Origin: a bacterium
Lineage (GTDB): Bacteria; Zhuqueibacterota; Zhuqueibacteria; Zhuqueibacterales; Zhuqueibacteraceae
Length of the DNA stretch: 35,011 bases
Direction of reading: 5' to 3'
Assembly: GCA_044869275.1 (NCBI GenBank)
Contig: JBIOXB010000010.1
Span: forward strand, 1-35,011
Position 1 is the first letter of the stretch. Each line of letters starts with the position of its first letter. Position numbers and translations under genes: made by a program. The notes below the pieces were generated by a model. The model was not told where the DNA came from. It was given only the letters and a program-made list of their open reading frames with translations, and did not search any database. Below are positions 34,317 through 35,011 of the stretch, one piece after another.

Positions 34317-34997
34317 TCACTTTCCGGCGCCCAGGTATGACGATTGCGTGAACGCCTGCTCGATGGTATTGGTGAGGCGAGTACTGATTTCCGCCGAGCT
34401 GCCCTGGGCGAGGCCGTTGATAGCCGCCACCCAGATTGACGGAATCTTTTTTTCCTGGGCATCGGCTTTGTCGGGGTCGAACATATCGACCAAAAGCGTA
34501 CCGGTTTGATAGGTATAAGCCGTGCCGCCATAGTAGGGCGGATACCAGGGATACCACCAGCCGTATCCCGGAGGATAAGGGTACCACCAGCCCCAATACC
34601 ATCCGCCACCGATATAGCCGACGTAGCGTGTAGTGGTGACATAGGGGATTACGAGCACGTCAGGGTTCCCCGCCACGGGGTCGGCGACGCGCGTGTAACC
34701 CAATTGCTGCAGGTTTTGGGCAATCTCCGACAAAATCAAATCATCATATTGCCGGTCGATATCGGCGGGGGTTTCCGTGGAATCGGCCACGTGCACGACG
34801 GAATCCGGCATGGCATACGTGCGCTTGGTGGAGAAATCCGCATTGGGATCGAACAGCGTGGCGACGAGATCCAACTCGCCCGTGCTCAGGGGATCGCCCG
34901 GATAGCACGACGCCATGAGCAGTGCGAATCCAGCGACCAGAGGCAACGAAACCAGAATCAGCGGCGAAGTCGAGAATACCTTTTTTGTATTGCGCAT
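34317..34997 (-). CDS. DUF4136 domain lipoprotein (start ATG 34997 or 35006)
   Basis: Lipobox MASC. ADFSTKRTYAMPDSV, LQQLGYTRV, W/Y/G/P-rich loop, YQTGTLLVDMFD, IEQAFTQSSYL. GAGGT lies 9 nt before ATG 34997. Confidence 0.85.
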   Translation of the reverse strand: MRNTKKVFSTSPLILVSLPLVAGFALLMASCYPGDPLSTGELDLVATLFDPNADFSTKRTYAMPDSVVHVADSTETPADIDRQYDDLILSEIAQNLQQLGYTRVADPVAGNPDVLVIPYVTTTRYVGYIGGGWYWGWWYPYPPGYGWWYPWYPPYYGGTAYTYQTGTLLVDMFDPDKADAQEKKIPSIWVAAINGLAQGSSAEISTRLTNTIEQAFTQSSYLGAGK

Positions 34998-35011
34998 CGA
35001 AAACATACCTC

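Overview
A 35 kb, GC-rich, gene-dense window from a diderm (Gram-negative) bacterium. The gene content suggests an FCB-group or KSB1-like lineage, but that is inference only. Bases 1-1.7 kb hold a lower-GC, mobile-element-like unit. It encodes a 534-aa protein with no DDE or HUH motif that I can see, but with a K-x-Y-x-K...LR-x-E motif like Rep_trans/gpII rolling-circle nickases and a C-terminal winged HTH. The ORF is flanked by hairpins and a 13-bp CTTG-containing direct repeat. Next come nagB and a minus-strand run: cNMP-binding protein/AI-2E transporter, alpha/beta hydrolase, CPA2 antiporter, DUF2721, MFS, SPOR protein, class A PBP with an upstream hypothetical, and ppk1. A plus-strand block follows: a membrane class III nucleotide cyclase with non-canonical specificity residues (Q/C), SSS symporter, NlpC/P60 lipoprotein, second SSS symporter, and an RMDN-like TPR protein. 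The last 11.5 kb is a minus-strand envelope cluster with about six predicted outer-membrane beta-barrels, two DUF4136-like lipoproteins, an EEP hydrolase, MscS and a tandem-YciI protein. Intergenic regions carry several related REP/MITE-like palindromic repeats, and two genes look leaderless. I found no rRNA, tRNA or CRISPR array. All family calls come from motif recognition by eye, not from database searches.
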